This document shows, piece by piece, positions 21,354-31,052 of a stretch of DNA of 64,000 nt. The translations under genes and the position numbers were made by a program. This DNA is from Calditrichia bacterium (GTDB lineage: Bacteria; Calditrichota; Calditrichia; JAJRVZ01), in assembly GCA_963796965.1 (NCBI GenBank), contig CAWCNS010000007.1, positions 512,001 to 576,000 on the forward strand. Direction: 5' to 3'. The notes under the pieces are model-generated. The model searched no databases. It was not told the origin of the DNA and saw only the letters and a program-made list of their open reading frames with translations. Every line of letters starts with the position of its first letter. Position 1 is the stretch's first letter.

Positions 21354-22523
21354 TCACTGGCGGTCCAGGGCAGCTGGAAAAGCGAATTTATACTGAATAG
21401 CATCCTCTGGGCAAACAGTCAGACAACGCGCACAACTGAAACAATCCTGAGGTAATTTTTTTCCATAAAGCAGTCCTTTTGCTGACTCCAAGGGACAGAT
21501 CTTTATACATGCACCACCCTGGGTACATTTATTTTTGTCGATTACGACCCCAAAAAGACTATAACGTTCTGCTAGCCATGAAACCAGACCAAAAGGACAA
21601 ATGAGTTGACAAAATGGTCGATAAATGAAAAAGGATCCCGCAATAAGAGCAAGAATTGTAAGTACAATAGAAAAAGTTTCAAAATCCCAATTAAAAAGAT
21701 TAAAAGGATTAACATAATGATAAAGGACCACCCCTTTTCCTCTCCCTAATTTTCCAAACAGAAAATAAAGCATAAGTATAAACAAAGAGACACGAATAAA
21801 GTTGGTCAATACAAAAGGTAACTTCTTTTTCTTATTTTTTTTTACAAAGGGCAGAATGTATATTAATTCTTGTAGGGAGCCCAAGGGACAAGCCCAACCA
21901 CAAATCAACTTATTACCGACTATAGCGAGAACTAGAAAAAAAAGAAGTATAAAAACTTTTACCCAGGGATCCGGATAAAGTCCAACTATTGATTTAATTA
22001 CCTTTACAAATCCTTCCATGGGATTAGGGGACTTGCCCAGTACAAATCCAGCGACTATAACTGACACGATCAAAGTAATAACATAGGGTGCTCTTGGATA
22101 CCAGTTTTTCCTGTTTTTTATATTACTTTCATCTGGTCGTCCCAATTTGACTAAAAAAACCAACCCCCATAGAACCAACGCTATATATATATAGTATTTT
22201 ATATTTGCATTGTGATGAGAAAAAAGGTGTTGAAGAACAGGTTTAAGTTCTGCATCAGTCACACCTAATGTGTATAGTGGTCTTTTTTTAGAAACATTTA
22301 AAGGCATATTTAACTCACGGGCCATTGATTTGGGTGTGACACCAAGCTTGTGAGCAATCTGCCTGATCGACATATCTACGCTCAGGTTAGCCGGAATATT
22401 TGTCTCGTGTTCTGGTTCAACTAAAGATCCTAGCAAAACAATTACAATCATTATCGCGAATACACCGAACATCCAAATTCGTTGTTTCCACGAGAGTAAA
22501 AAAAACCAGCCATTTGAACTCAT
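21354..22523 (-). CDS. Membrane 4Fe-4S binding protein (NapH/MauN-like)
   Basis: CGWACPLG and FCQLICPFG motifs, several TM helices, C-terminal CFSCARCLTVCP. Confidence 0.85.
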   Translation of the reverse strand: MSSNGWFFLLSWKQRIWMFGVFAIMIVIVLLGSLVEPEHETNIPANLSVDMSIRQIAHKLGVTPKSMARELNMPLNVSKKRPLYTLGVTDAELKPVLQHLFSHHNANIKYYIYIALVLWGLVFLVKLGRPDESNIKNRKNWYPRAPYVITLIVSVIVAGFVLGKSPNPMEGFVKVIKSIVGLYPDPWVKVFILLFFLVLAIVGNKLICGWACPLGSLQELIYILPFVKKNKKKKLPFVLTNFIRVSLFILMLYFLFGKLGRGKGVVLYHYVNPFNLFNWDFETFSIVLTILALIAGSFFIYRPFCQLICPFGLVSWLAERYSLFGVVIDKNKCTQGGACIKICPLESAKGLLYGKKLPQDCFSCARCLTVCPEDAIQYKFAFPAALDRQ

Positions 22524-22981
22524 CTGCGTTGTCTCCGGCCACTCCACACAGGAATACCAATTTCATCGCGAAGCGTAAGTTTCTCCCCCCGCTTCTCTAT
22601 GCTTGCAGCAATCATTGCTGGTTTTCCTTCATACGTGATCCTTGAACCTTTTACTTCAATGGTATCATTCTGAACAATGGCAAAATCCAGACTATCAATA
22701 AACCAAGCAGGACCGAGATGCACGCTAATATCTTCATCCTTCATTCTCATGGTTAAATGGATCCCACAATACCTTCCTCCCGTTGGCGTAGTCCTCTCTA
22801 TCATAATCACCGTACCAGCAAGTGTTTCCACAGTATTCGTATCATACATTCTACCATAAGATGATGTTCTTCCTCTTCCCCCACCTCCTCGCCGATTATA
22901 ATTATTCTGGGCGAACGAATCTGTGTAAAAGACACACAGGACCAAACTGCATATTAGTGCTACATTAGCTTTTAGTTTCAT
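22520..22981 (-). CDS. Exported OB-fold-like protein (resembles the MamS/MamX-type domain)
   Basis: Signal peptide, Gly/Arg-rich linker, YDTNTVETLAGTV...VHLGPAWF...IEVKGS...LRDEIGIPVW. Confidence 0.65.
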   Translation of the reverse strand: MKLKANVALICSLVLCVFYTDSFAQNNYNRRGGGGRGRTSSYGRMYDTNTVETLAGTVIMIERTTPTGGRYCGIHLTMRMKDEDISVHLGPAWFIDSLDFAIVQNDTIEVKGSRITYEGKPAMIAASIEKRGEKLTLRDEIGIPVWSGRRQRR

Positions 22982-23004
22982 TTTTATATATCCTTATTAG
23001 GTAG

Positions 23005-23256
23005 CTACCAATTGATATGAACTTTTCTTGACTCGTTAACTAATATTTCTGTTGTATTTGGCTGTATCGGATTAGGAATAATACAATCTTCAGGACAAAC
23101 ATTGACACATTGCGGCGAATCAGCAATACCCAGGCATTCTGTACAATTGGCAGGATCAATTATATAAATATCTTTACCCTTAGAAATAGCCTCATTGGGA
23201 CATTCTGTCAGGCATGCATCGCAAGAAATACACTCTTCAGTTATTATCATTGCCAT
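23005..23256 (-). CDS. YfhL-family 2[4Fe-4S] ferredoxin
   Basis: CISCDACLTECP and CTECLG...QCVNVCP; GGAGG RBS. Confidence 0.9.
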   Translation of the reverse strand: MAMIITEECISCDACLTECPNEAISKGKDIYIIDPANCTECLGIADSPQCVNVCPEDCIIPNPIQPNTTEILVNESRKVHINW

Positions 23257-23333
23257 CTTATACCTCCCCTAATTCTAAATATTAAATAAAATTTTTTCTG
23301 GTGGCATGTTATCTTTAGACTTCTATAAGTTTT

Positions 23334-23436
23334 AATAAAAGAAATTCTTTAAAACTAACAATCCCCAATGCAAGCATCGGAGTATTTCGCCAGTTTTATT
23401 TCGATATAAATTTCGACAAACACAATTTCTTTAATT
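23334..23436 (+). repeat. ~100-bp structured dispersed repeat, copy 1
   Basis: Collinear near-copy at 38752-38851. Confidence 0.8.
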
Positions 23437-23512
23437 CACCTCTCCCCGACCCTCTCCTCGAAGAGAGGGAAAAATAGGAAACCCCGGGGCAAGCCCGGAG
23501 GAATTCTTATGA

Positions 23513-23959
23513 TTAATCATAAGATAAACGAAGTTTTTCAGTCGCTAAAATTGGACCAATTCGATCACGCCATTTAGAGTTCTTCCATGTACCCAACTTA
23601 TGATGCATATTTAAATATTTCTCCGGAATTGGATGGGTTCCATAAACTACAGGAATATCATATTTTTTCTGGATATACTCCCGAAAATATTCAATATGAG
23701 CACAGGGGGGATAACCGACAATTAAACCGGTTGCCAGATGAATTTGTTCAACCCCATTTCCCTTCATTTCATCAACTGTATATTCAATATTACCTCCCGG
23801 ACAGCCAGCACAGGTCGTATATCCTACAAGTTCTACTGGTTTTCTTTCATATATACTAAAAGCCCCTTCCCTTTCTCTAAGAGCCCTTAGACATTTACCA
23901 CCTGCACAACGGCGATATCTATCACATATTATAATTCCAATCTTGACAGACTCACTCAT
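23513..23959 (-). CDS. CGGC domain protein
   Basis: IICDRYRRCAGGKC, TCAGCPG, YPPC, GTHP. Confidence 0.9.
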   Translation of the reverse strand: MSESVKIGIIICDRYRRCAGGKCLRALREREGAFSIYERKPVELVGYTTCAGCPGGNIEYTVDEMKGNGVEQIHLATGLIVGYPPCAHIEYFREYIQKKYDIPVVYGTHPIPEKYLNMHHKLGTWKNSKWRDRIGPILATEKLRLSYD

Positions 23960-23960
23960 T

Positions 23961-24918
23961 CTAACTTCCCGATCTTGCAAAAGTTTTGGCAGGCCGTATA
24001 TAAAATTTGCTACCTGCATATTCTACTTCTTTCAACTTATCATGAACTAATAAGTGTTCGATCACCTCCCAATTAGATCTAGCTTTATGCAACAATTCAT
24101 TTACCGAATCCAGGCGAAGAGGATGTACAGAGGCAATGCTTAGAATGTCATGTTCAATCTGACCGGAATATCCAAAATCATTACCTTCATAACCTATCAA
24201 ATATTCAACCGTATCAACCTTTTCGTTAAATATTTGAAAAGTCTCGGTTTATCGTTGATTCATCAGGTCTTAATAGGTTTTTCAACGCAGTCGGCCTTGT
24301 TGGTATGGCCACATAGGCTTTAAAAGGCTGAAGTTTTGAAATAAATCCTGCCACGTTTTCAATATTAGAATAGGAGCAGTTCACTCCATCGACCAGCATT
24401 GTTTCAGTTGTGAGTCTGCCTTTATAAATCTTGGAAAATCTGATTATTTCTTCAAGAATTGTTTCCAGATTCAATTTCTTGTAAGGGCGGTTAATTTTCT
24501 TCCACACCCTATGATCTACCGAATCAATTTTTATTGATATGTAATCCACTTTCATTAAGTCATCGCGGACATCAGGAAGTGTTATCAGCGATCCATTCGT
24601 TATTACCGCTATTTTATGATCAAGCAATTTTAACAGATCGATTTCATGCCCAAGATTGCAATCCAGGGTTGGCTCCCCATCCGCTACAAAAGTAAAATAG
24701 TCAATTTTCTCCTGCTTCTTTTTCAACTTCACAACTAAGTCCTGGACGTCCCCAAAAATATCTTCCGGTTTATAGTACTCCCTTCTCCTCTGCTCATAGT
24801 TTATTGTTTTACCTACCTGGCAATAGATACAGGAATAAGAGCATATTTTTGAAGGTATATTATTTATTCCCAAACTTTTTCCTAACCGTCTCGAAGGGAC
24901 GGGACCAAATGCAATCAT
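23961..24918 (-). CDS. Radical SAM protein, TYW1-like family (frameshift near 24235)
   Basis: FGPVPSRRLGKSLG, CSYSCIYC, GEPTL; C-terminus (SVHPLR) is in ORF 23961-24200. Confidence 0.85.
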
Positions 24919-25148
24919 AACACCACCTTCACTTTGCGCATTTAAAACATCCTATTTATTAATTTCACTGTTTTGTGTTTAACCTCAGCCACCAGGTGCA
25001 AAAAAGATATTCTAATCAAACTGATTCACCTTCTCCAGCTAGCAACTTCCTCCGATTCTATTATTAATTTTACTTCAATTATTTATATTATAAACGACAA
25101 AAGTCTTCATATGCCTTACAATTTTCATGCGATCTCTACCTTGTAGGA

Positions 25149-25165
25149 TTCAAATATTAGGCCAG
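25149..25165 (-). promoter_or_regulatory. Sigma54-type promoter for the radical SAM-CGGC-ferredoxin unit
   Basis: Minus strand CTGGCCTAATATTTGAA (GG-N10-GA). Confidence 0.6.
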
Positions 25166-25230
25166 TTTATTATTCTCCCTAATCTATTAATAATACAATA
25201 CTTATCCCACTTTTATTAAACTGATCAAAA

Positions 25231-25282
25231 TTGCAGTAATGCAATTTCCTGTATTATGCCTGACTATTTTGCAATCTCGCAA
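25231..25282. promoter_or_regulatory. Paired TTGCA-N4-TGCAA boxes
   Basis: TTGCAGTAATGCAA (25231-25244) and TTGCAATCTCGCAA (25269-25282). Confidence 0.65.
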
Positions 25283-25596
25283 TAGGTGCAAGGGATGGAT
25301 GCACAGGGATAATTTTTTCAATTAAACCAACCTGGAATCACTATAAATAAGGTGAGCATTCCACAGCAGCAGAGTGGTGAAAATTTATATTAGATATGTT
25401 ATCGATTCGGTAGTGGTTAATTTATTTATAGTCGTGGAAATCTGGACAGTAATAGAACGTTGCTCGCACGAAGACATGGGCCCTAGTCGCTCGGCGTTCA
25501 GTTTTTATACTATCATCGTGTTTGAAAAGTGAATAGAATTTGATGAGAAGTGTAACTTCTTGATCTAGGCGGGAAGATCTACATGCTAAAGATTTA

Positions 25597-27327
25597 CTAT
25601 TTTTCAAATAAATTAAATTTTTTCATTTTTCGCCATAAGGTGCTCTTGTCGATACCAAGTATTTCTGCCGCTTTTAGACGGTCATTACCACATTTTTTTA
25701 TAATAGATTGGATGTGTAATTTTTCAGCATCTTTAATAGTTTCTGTCTTCATCGCACCATCTTCTTTTGTAATTTCCTGTTCCAGATTTTTAATTAACCA
25801 TTCAGGCAGACTATTTGTATTGATTGTTTCATCACTACATAAAACAAAAACATGTTCCAATACATTTTCTAATTCCCGGATATTACCCGGCCAATGGTAT
25901 TTATTCAGGAGTTCAAATGCCTCAGGAGAGATATGTGTAATCTTCTTTTTAAACTTTTTGCGAAAAGTCTGCAAAAAATGTTCAGTCAATAAGGCTAAAT
26001 CCTCTATTCGCTCCCGTAGCGGTGGTAGATGTATATTAACGACATTTATACGGTAAAATAAATCATCACGGAATCGTTTTTCTTCAATTTCTTTATTCAA
26101 ATCCTTATTAGTAGCAACAATTATTCGGGCGTTCATCACAAGAGGCTTGGTGCCACCAACCCTTTCGAACTGCCTTGTTTCTAGTACGCGAAGTAGTTTC
26201 ACCTGAACTTGCGATGCAAGATCGCCAATTTCATCCAGAAAAAGGGTGCCATTTTGAGCCAGCTCAAAACGACCTGGTTTTGTTTTAACTGCACCAGTAA
26301 AAGCGCCTCTTTCATGACCGAACAACTCACTTTCCAGGAGCGTTTCTGCAAAGGCACTACAATTAACAGCCATAAAGGGTTGTGTTCTATGGTCACTATT
26401 TAAATGTATGGCTCTGGCTATAAGTTCTTTCCCCGTTCCACTCTCCCCCGTTACCAATACGGTACTATCCGTTTGGGATACATGCTCCAACATATTGTAC
26501 ACATTGTGCATAGCCTTGCTATTACCAATGATATTTTCATAACTATAGCGCTGTTCTAGATGCTTAGAAAGAACTTTTATTTCAGTAATATCGCGAAACA
26601 TCTCTATGCCACCGATGTGCTCTTCTTTGGCATCAATAAATGGTTGGGAATAAACACGAATGGGTATACTGTTACCTATTTTATTCCTAATTGTTATTTC
26701 TTTATTTTCCATCTGTTTACCAGATTTAAGTGTTGTTTCCATATGGCACCCATTGCGACACACATTTGAATTAAAAACTTCCCAACACTTTTTTCCTCTT
26801 GCCTCTTCTTTTGAATATCCGGTAATTTTCTCGGCAGAATGATTAAAAGAGGTTATATTCCACTCATTATCTATAGTAAAGATCCCCTCTGAAACACCGT
26901 GAAAGATATTTTCAAATCGGTTTTTCTCATCTACAATTTCCTGGATTTTGTCCGCCAGGGACTCCGCTAGCTTAATCATCTCATTGGCATCGCGTATAAC
27001 AACCACGACACTAATAATTTCATCTGAAGATCTCCTAATCGGTGTAATTGATGTAAATGTTTTTAGGGTGCGATGATTGCTGCAGGTAAGATGTATGTTT
27101 AAGTTTGAGTATGATTTCCCCTCAGACAATGCCTTTTCTATATATTGCTTGTCTGTCAGAGAATTTTCAAAAAGAAAATGATAATTTTTAAGTGAAACCT
27201 CATCATCATGATAACCAGTAATTCTTCTAGCTGCTTCATTAAAAGCGATAATCTTAGAATCGCTATCAATTATAATCACGCCATCCGCTGAATAGAGGTT
27301 ATATTTATCAATATTTATTTTATCCAT
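25597..27327 (-). CDS. PAS-PAS sigma54-dependent transcriptional activator (bEBP)
   Basis: Two PAS domains, GESGTGKE, GAFTGA, FLDEIG, WPGNIRELEN, Fis-type HTH. Confidence 0.95.
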   Translation of the reverse strand: MDKINIDKYNLYSADGVIIIDSDSKIIAFNEAARRITGYHDDEVSLKNYHFLFENSLTDKQYIEKALSEGKSYSNLNIHLTCSNHRTLKTFTSITPIRRSSDEIISVVVVIRDANEMIKLAESLADKIQEIVDEKNRFENIFHGVSEGIFTIDNEWNITSFNHSAEKITGYSKEEARGKKCWEVFNSNVCRNGCHMETTLKSGKQMENKEITIRNKIGNSIPIRVYSQPFIDAKEEHIGGIEMFRDITEIKVLSKHLEQRYSYENIIGNSKAMHNVYNMLEHVSQTDSTVLVTGESGTGKELIARAIHLNSDHRTQPFMAVNCSAFAETLLESELFGHERGAFTGAVKTKPGRFELAQNGTLFLDEIGDLASQVQVKLLRVLETRQFERVGGTKPLVMNARIIVATNKDLNKEIEEKRFRDDLFYRINVVNIHLPPLRERIEDLALLTEHFLQTFRKKFKKKITHISPEAFELLNKYHWPGNIRELENVLEHVFVLCSDETINTNSLPEWLIKNLEQEITKEDGAMKTETIKDAEKLHIQSIIKKCGNDRLKAAEILGIDKSTLWRKMKKFNLFEK

Positions 27328-27422
27328 TATTCAAATATACTGGTTAGAGCAAAGTACCTTAACAATATAAGGTGAATGATAATTGAATTCTATTAAAATA
27401 CAATTAAAAATTTAGGGTAAGC

Positions 27423-28351
27423 CTATAATGCAGAAATGTCATTTACAAAATCTTGTTCATTCCATTTTACTGTCAAGACAGAACATGATGCCGATCTCAC
27501 CACTTTTTCGGTAACACTTCCCAAAAGAAATTTATCAATACCACTGTGACCATGTGTTCCGATAATTATTAAATCATTTTTATTTTCTTCTGAGAACTTT
27601 AAAATTTCTTTGGATGGTTTTCCATCTTTAAAATACCTATTAATAGTCAGTCGACCAGCCCGTTCGTTTTTGACAAGGTCATCCAAGGATCCCGAAACTC
27701 TTTCTTTAATGTCAGGAATCATTTGAGTAATGGACTTCATTCCCCAGGCATATAAGGCAGGATGAACATCCGTGTCAACAACATAGAGCAAATCAATAGT
27801 ACTATTAAACTTTGTGGCAAAGTTCACCGCATAATGAAATGCTTTCCGGGAAAGATCTGAAAAATCAAATGGAACTAAAATTTTTTCCGGTCTTTTAATT
27901 ATCCTGGTTTCTGCGTGCAACGTTAAAACTGGGCATGGCGCATACCGCACGAGCATTTCTGCAACACTGCCCAGAAGGAAATGCGCAAAGCCACCATGTC
28001 CATGTGTTCCCATCACCACGAGATCTACAGGATTAAGTTTCATATAATCGAGAATAGTGCATGAGCAGAGATTCCTCTTAATATATCATGTGTTATTGTT
28101 ATTTTATCGGAATCTTCTACTGGTAAATCATTCAAGCGTGCCAATAAAGCCTCATCGATGTTCTGCTCATATTGTTTCAGGTTTTCGATCTCCGCATCGA
28201 TACCATGGGGATTATCACTATAAAGCACGCGAGCATGAACAATATTTAATTGAGCCTTAAATTCTTTGCAGATAATCATTGCCAAATCAATAGCGTGAAG
28301 TGACGTATGAGAGAAATCGGTTGGCACCAATACACGATTAATTTTAATCAC
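27423..28351 (-). CDS. Tandem-domain universal stress protein (frameshift near 28055)
   Basis: VPTDFS / VPFDFS and two GTHG...LLGSVxE motifs. Confidence 0.85.
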
Positions 28352-28445
28352 TTTCCACCTACTCCCTATTTTATATGAAGAATTGTAATCAAATTACTAT
28401 TTAATTGTTTTCCCGGAGAATCTAAACAGTAGTCACCGGACTTTT

Positions 28446-28901
28446 TTACATTTCTTTTAATTCAAGTGCTTCATTAACAAACTTCTTTTTTTCTCTTTCA
28501 GCGGATTTCAGCAAACAAGTAAATATTTCCTTAATCCTATTAGATTCTGAGCTATCAACAATCCTTTTAAATGCGTTGATAATACAATCGTCCAAACGCA
28601 GTGCAACGCTGATTACATCATCAATCGACATACTATGGTTCAGATCGCTATCTTTAAAACATTCTTGATAGGTCGAAGCCGGTGTATGTTTAAACCATGT
28701 ATTTAATATGTCTTTAGAGGCGTTATCCTCATATTCTGACATGCATAACTCCAACTTTTTTTCATGACGGCTCATATAATCCAATAGTAATTTTACTTTC
28801 TCCTTATCTGCAATCAAATAAAGTTGGTTGTAATATTTGCCTACCTGGGCATGAAAATTACGCACCCGATCAAAGACATCTGCTACAGTTTCATAAGCCA
28901 T
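28446..28901 (-). CDS. Hypothetical helical (ferritin-like) protein
   Basis: 151 aa, GGAGG RBS, LLDYMSRHE motif. Confidence 0.7.
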   Translation of the reverse strand: MAYETVADVFDRVRNFHAQVGKYYNQLYLIADKEKVKLLLDYMSRHEKKLELCMSEYEDNASKDILNTWFKHTPASTYQECFKDSDLNHSMSIDDVISVALRLDDCIINAFKRIVDSSESNRIKEIFTCLLKSAEREKKKFVNEALELKEM

Positions 28902-28947
28902 TTTATTTTCCTCCTGTTAGATCGAAACTTATATACTACTTATTCAA

Positions 28948-30306
28948 TTAATTATTAAACATTATATGCATCGCAACGTTACCAGCCGCTTTTAATAACG
29001 GATATGCTGCCGGCGAAGCTGTAAGTAAGGGATGTGTTCCGATTTGCGCTGTTAAGATTGAATTAATATCCATTCTGTTCTGAATAATAAATCCGAGGGT
29101 ATTGGTTAATTCCCCTATGGTTAATCCACCAACGATCTCACCACCCAGAATGATACCGCTCTCTCTTCCCACAATAAGTTTTACTGTCTGCACTTTTGTA
29201 CCGGGAAGCGATCCGGGATGTTTATCCATACCGCTAAAATCACCGGTAATAATATCAAATCCTTCCTCTCTGGCTCTTGATTCCGTTAGCCCGGCCACAC
29301 CAAAACCTGTGTCGCCGATAGCCGTGGAAAAAATTGAGATAGTTCCACTAAATGTTTTCACTGCGGATAATTGGAATAAATTCATCCCCGCTATTCTCGC
29401 TTCAGCACAGGCAGTGGAAGCCAGCATGGACATGTTGGGTTTTCTGGTTACAAAATCCCTTTTCTCGGCGCAGTCTCCGATTGCGAATATATCCGGATTT
29501 TCTGTCCTCATATATTCATCCACTTTAATATAACCCTGTGGATTGATAGCTAATCCCGCTTCTTCCGCTAACTTGGTATTGGGATAATACCCCATTGCTA
29601 AGATAACTACATCGGCTTCTATCCTTTCACCGTCATTAAGCAGAACGCCTTTAGTTTTTTTATCGCCTAAGATTTCTTTGGCACCCACACCACTTTTTAT
29701 GTTGACCCCTCTCTCTTTCAGTATATCTTCTGCCTTAATTGCAAATTCCTCATCAAAAGCCAGTTCTAAAACATGGGGTAAAATTTCTACCAATGTAACC
29801 TCTTTACCTGCTTTGGTTAATTCATCGGAAAGTTCCACACCTATAAAACCACCACCAATTACAATGATCTTTTTATACTTATAGATCTTCTGCTGCATTT
29901 CATCCAGATAGATTTTATCTTTAGGGACAGTAAAAACATTATCCAAATCCGCGCCCTTTAACCAGGTCGGGGCAGAAGGCGTTGAACCGGTAGCTAGTAC
30001 AAGTTTCTCATATCCCATTTCTTTCCCGTCCTTTAACGTACAGATCTTATTCTCACAATCAATTGAGACAACTTCACCGATTTTTAGATTGACTCCACCA
30101 TTTTCAAACATTTTATCAGATGGCAATATATCATTTTCTGTATTTTCTACAGAACCGAACACATATGGAATACCGCAAGGTACAAGTGTTTTTTTTTCTT
30201 TTCTTATGACCGTAATTTTTTTATCTGCATAAACTCTTTTGCCTGCTAATGCAGCTACCAGACCGGCAGCGCTGCTTCCGATGACCAATACGTCTGTATG
30301 TTCCAT
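28948..30306 (-). CDS. FAD-dependent pyridine nucleotide-disulfide oxidoreductase (CoA-disulfide reductase/NADH oxidase-like)
   Basis: VIGSSAAG, single redox Cys in PCGIPY, GGGFIGVE, AIGDC. Confidence 0.9.
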   Translation of the reverse strand: MEHTDVLVIGSSAAGLVAALAGKRVYADKKITVIRKEKKTLVPCGIPYVFGSVENTENDILPSDKMFENGGVNLKIGEVVSIDCENKICTLKDGKEMGYEKLVLATGSTPSAPTWLKGADLDNVFTVPKDKIYLDEMQQKIYKYKKIIVIGGGFIGVELSDELTKAGKEVTLVEILPHVLELAFDEEFAIKAEDILKERGVNIKSGVGAKEILGDKKTKGVLLNDGERIEADVVILAMGYYPNTKLAEEAGLAINPQGYIKVDEYMRTENPDIFAIGDCAEKRDFVTRKPNMSMLASTACAEARIAGMNLFQLSAVKTFSGTISIFSTAIGDTGFGVAGLTESRAREEGFDIITGDFSGMDKHPGSLPGTKVQTVKLIVGRESGIILGGEIVGGLTIGELTNTLGFIIQNRMDINSILTAQIGTHPLLTASPAAYPLLKAAGNVAMHIMFNN

Positions 30307-30346
30307 TTCTTCTCCCTTAATAAAAAGATTATACACTTATTACTAT

Positions 30347-30363
30347 CGCAAAAAACACGCCAA
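30347..30363 (-). promoter_or_regulatory. Sigma54 promoter for the flavoprotein-USP-bEBP unit
   Basis: Minus strand TTGGCGTGTTTTTTGCG (GG-N10-GC). Confidence 0.75.
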
Positions 30364-30427
30364 GAATGAATATAGCGTTATATCTATAAATAATATATAG
30401 TTAAGAGAAGTGGTAGGTACATTAATA

Positions 30428-30473
30428 TTGCATAAATGCAATTGATCAGATCTAGTTAATTGCGAAATCGCAC
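30428..30473. promoter_or_regulatory. Paired TTGCA-N4-TGCAA boxes
   Basis: TTGCATAAATGCAA (30428-30441) and TTGCGAAATCGCAC (30460-30473). Confidence 0.65.
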
Positions 30474-30509
30474 AAATAATGAAAGATTGCATCAGGATAC
30501 ACAATAGTA

Positions 30510-30560
30510 TTGCAAAAATTAAAATCAAAAATTATATTATACTACTTTTGTATAGTTATA
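30510..30560 (+). promoter_or_regulatory. Sigma70-like promoter with adjacent imperfect palindrome (putative Rrf2 operator)
   Basis: TTGCAA-17bp-TATATT (30510-30538) followed by TATACTACTTTTGTATAGTTATA. Confidence 0.5.
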
Positions 30561-30577
30561 CATTTTCAGTATAGGTT

Positions 30578-31028
30578 ATGAACAGTTTAATCACACGTGA
30601 ATATGACTATGCCATACGGATTTGTGCCTACCTGGCCGGGAAAAAAGATCAGGGACCTGTTTCTATTTTCCAGATCTCACAAAAACTGTTTATAACCCGC
30701 CCTTTTGCTACCAAAATCGTCTACCGTTTAAAACAACACAGCATTCTCACTACAACACAAGGTAAAGACGGAGGTGTATCCCTTAATGCTAATCCAGAAA
30801 CTCTCTCTGTCTATAACATTCTTAGAGTCTATGGGGTATGACAACCCCATTAACGAATGTCTAAATATTCCAGGTTTTTGCCCGCTTATAAAAACCTGCA
30901 AAATTCATTCATTTTTTGTAGAACAAGAAGAAATATTGTTACAAAGTTTTAAAAATAAAATGATAAGGGATTTTGTGATCCATGAATCTGATCTGATAGA
31001 GAATACAAGATCAGCACCAACAACCTGA
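30578..31028 (+). CDS. Rrf2-family Fe-S transcriptional regulator (frameshift near 30825)
   Basis: DYAIR, QGKDGG, and three Cys (ECLNIPGFCPLIKTC) in ORF 30774-31028. Confidence 0.85.
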
Positions 31029-31052
31029 ACAAAGACTATTAAAGGAGGGACT

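Noticed and set aside
22520..22981. Magnetosome island
   Set aside because: Only a generic MamS/MamX-like domain; no other mam genes in the window
24979..25011. Minus-strand APGG-TGA-G-stop as a tiny selenopeptide
   Set aside because: Upstream in-frame stop and no start codon
25452..25501. Imperfect palindrome GAACG...CGTTC as an integron attC site
   Set aside because: Core sites do not fit RYYYAAC/GTTRRRY, it is single-copy, and there is no integrase or cassette array
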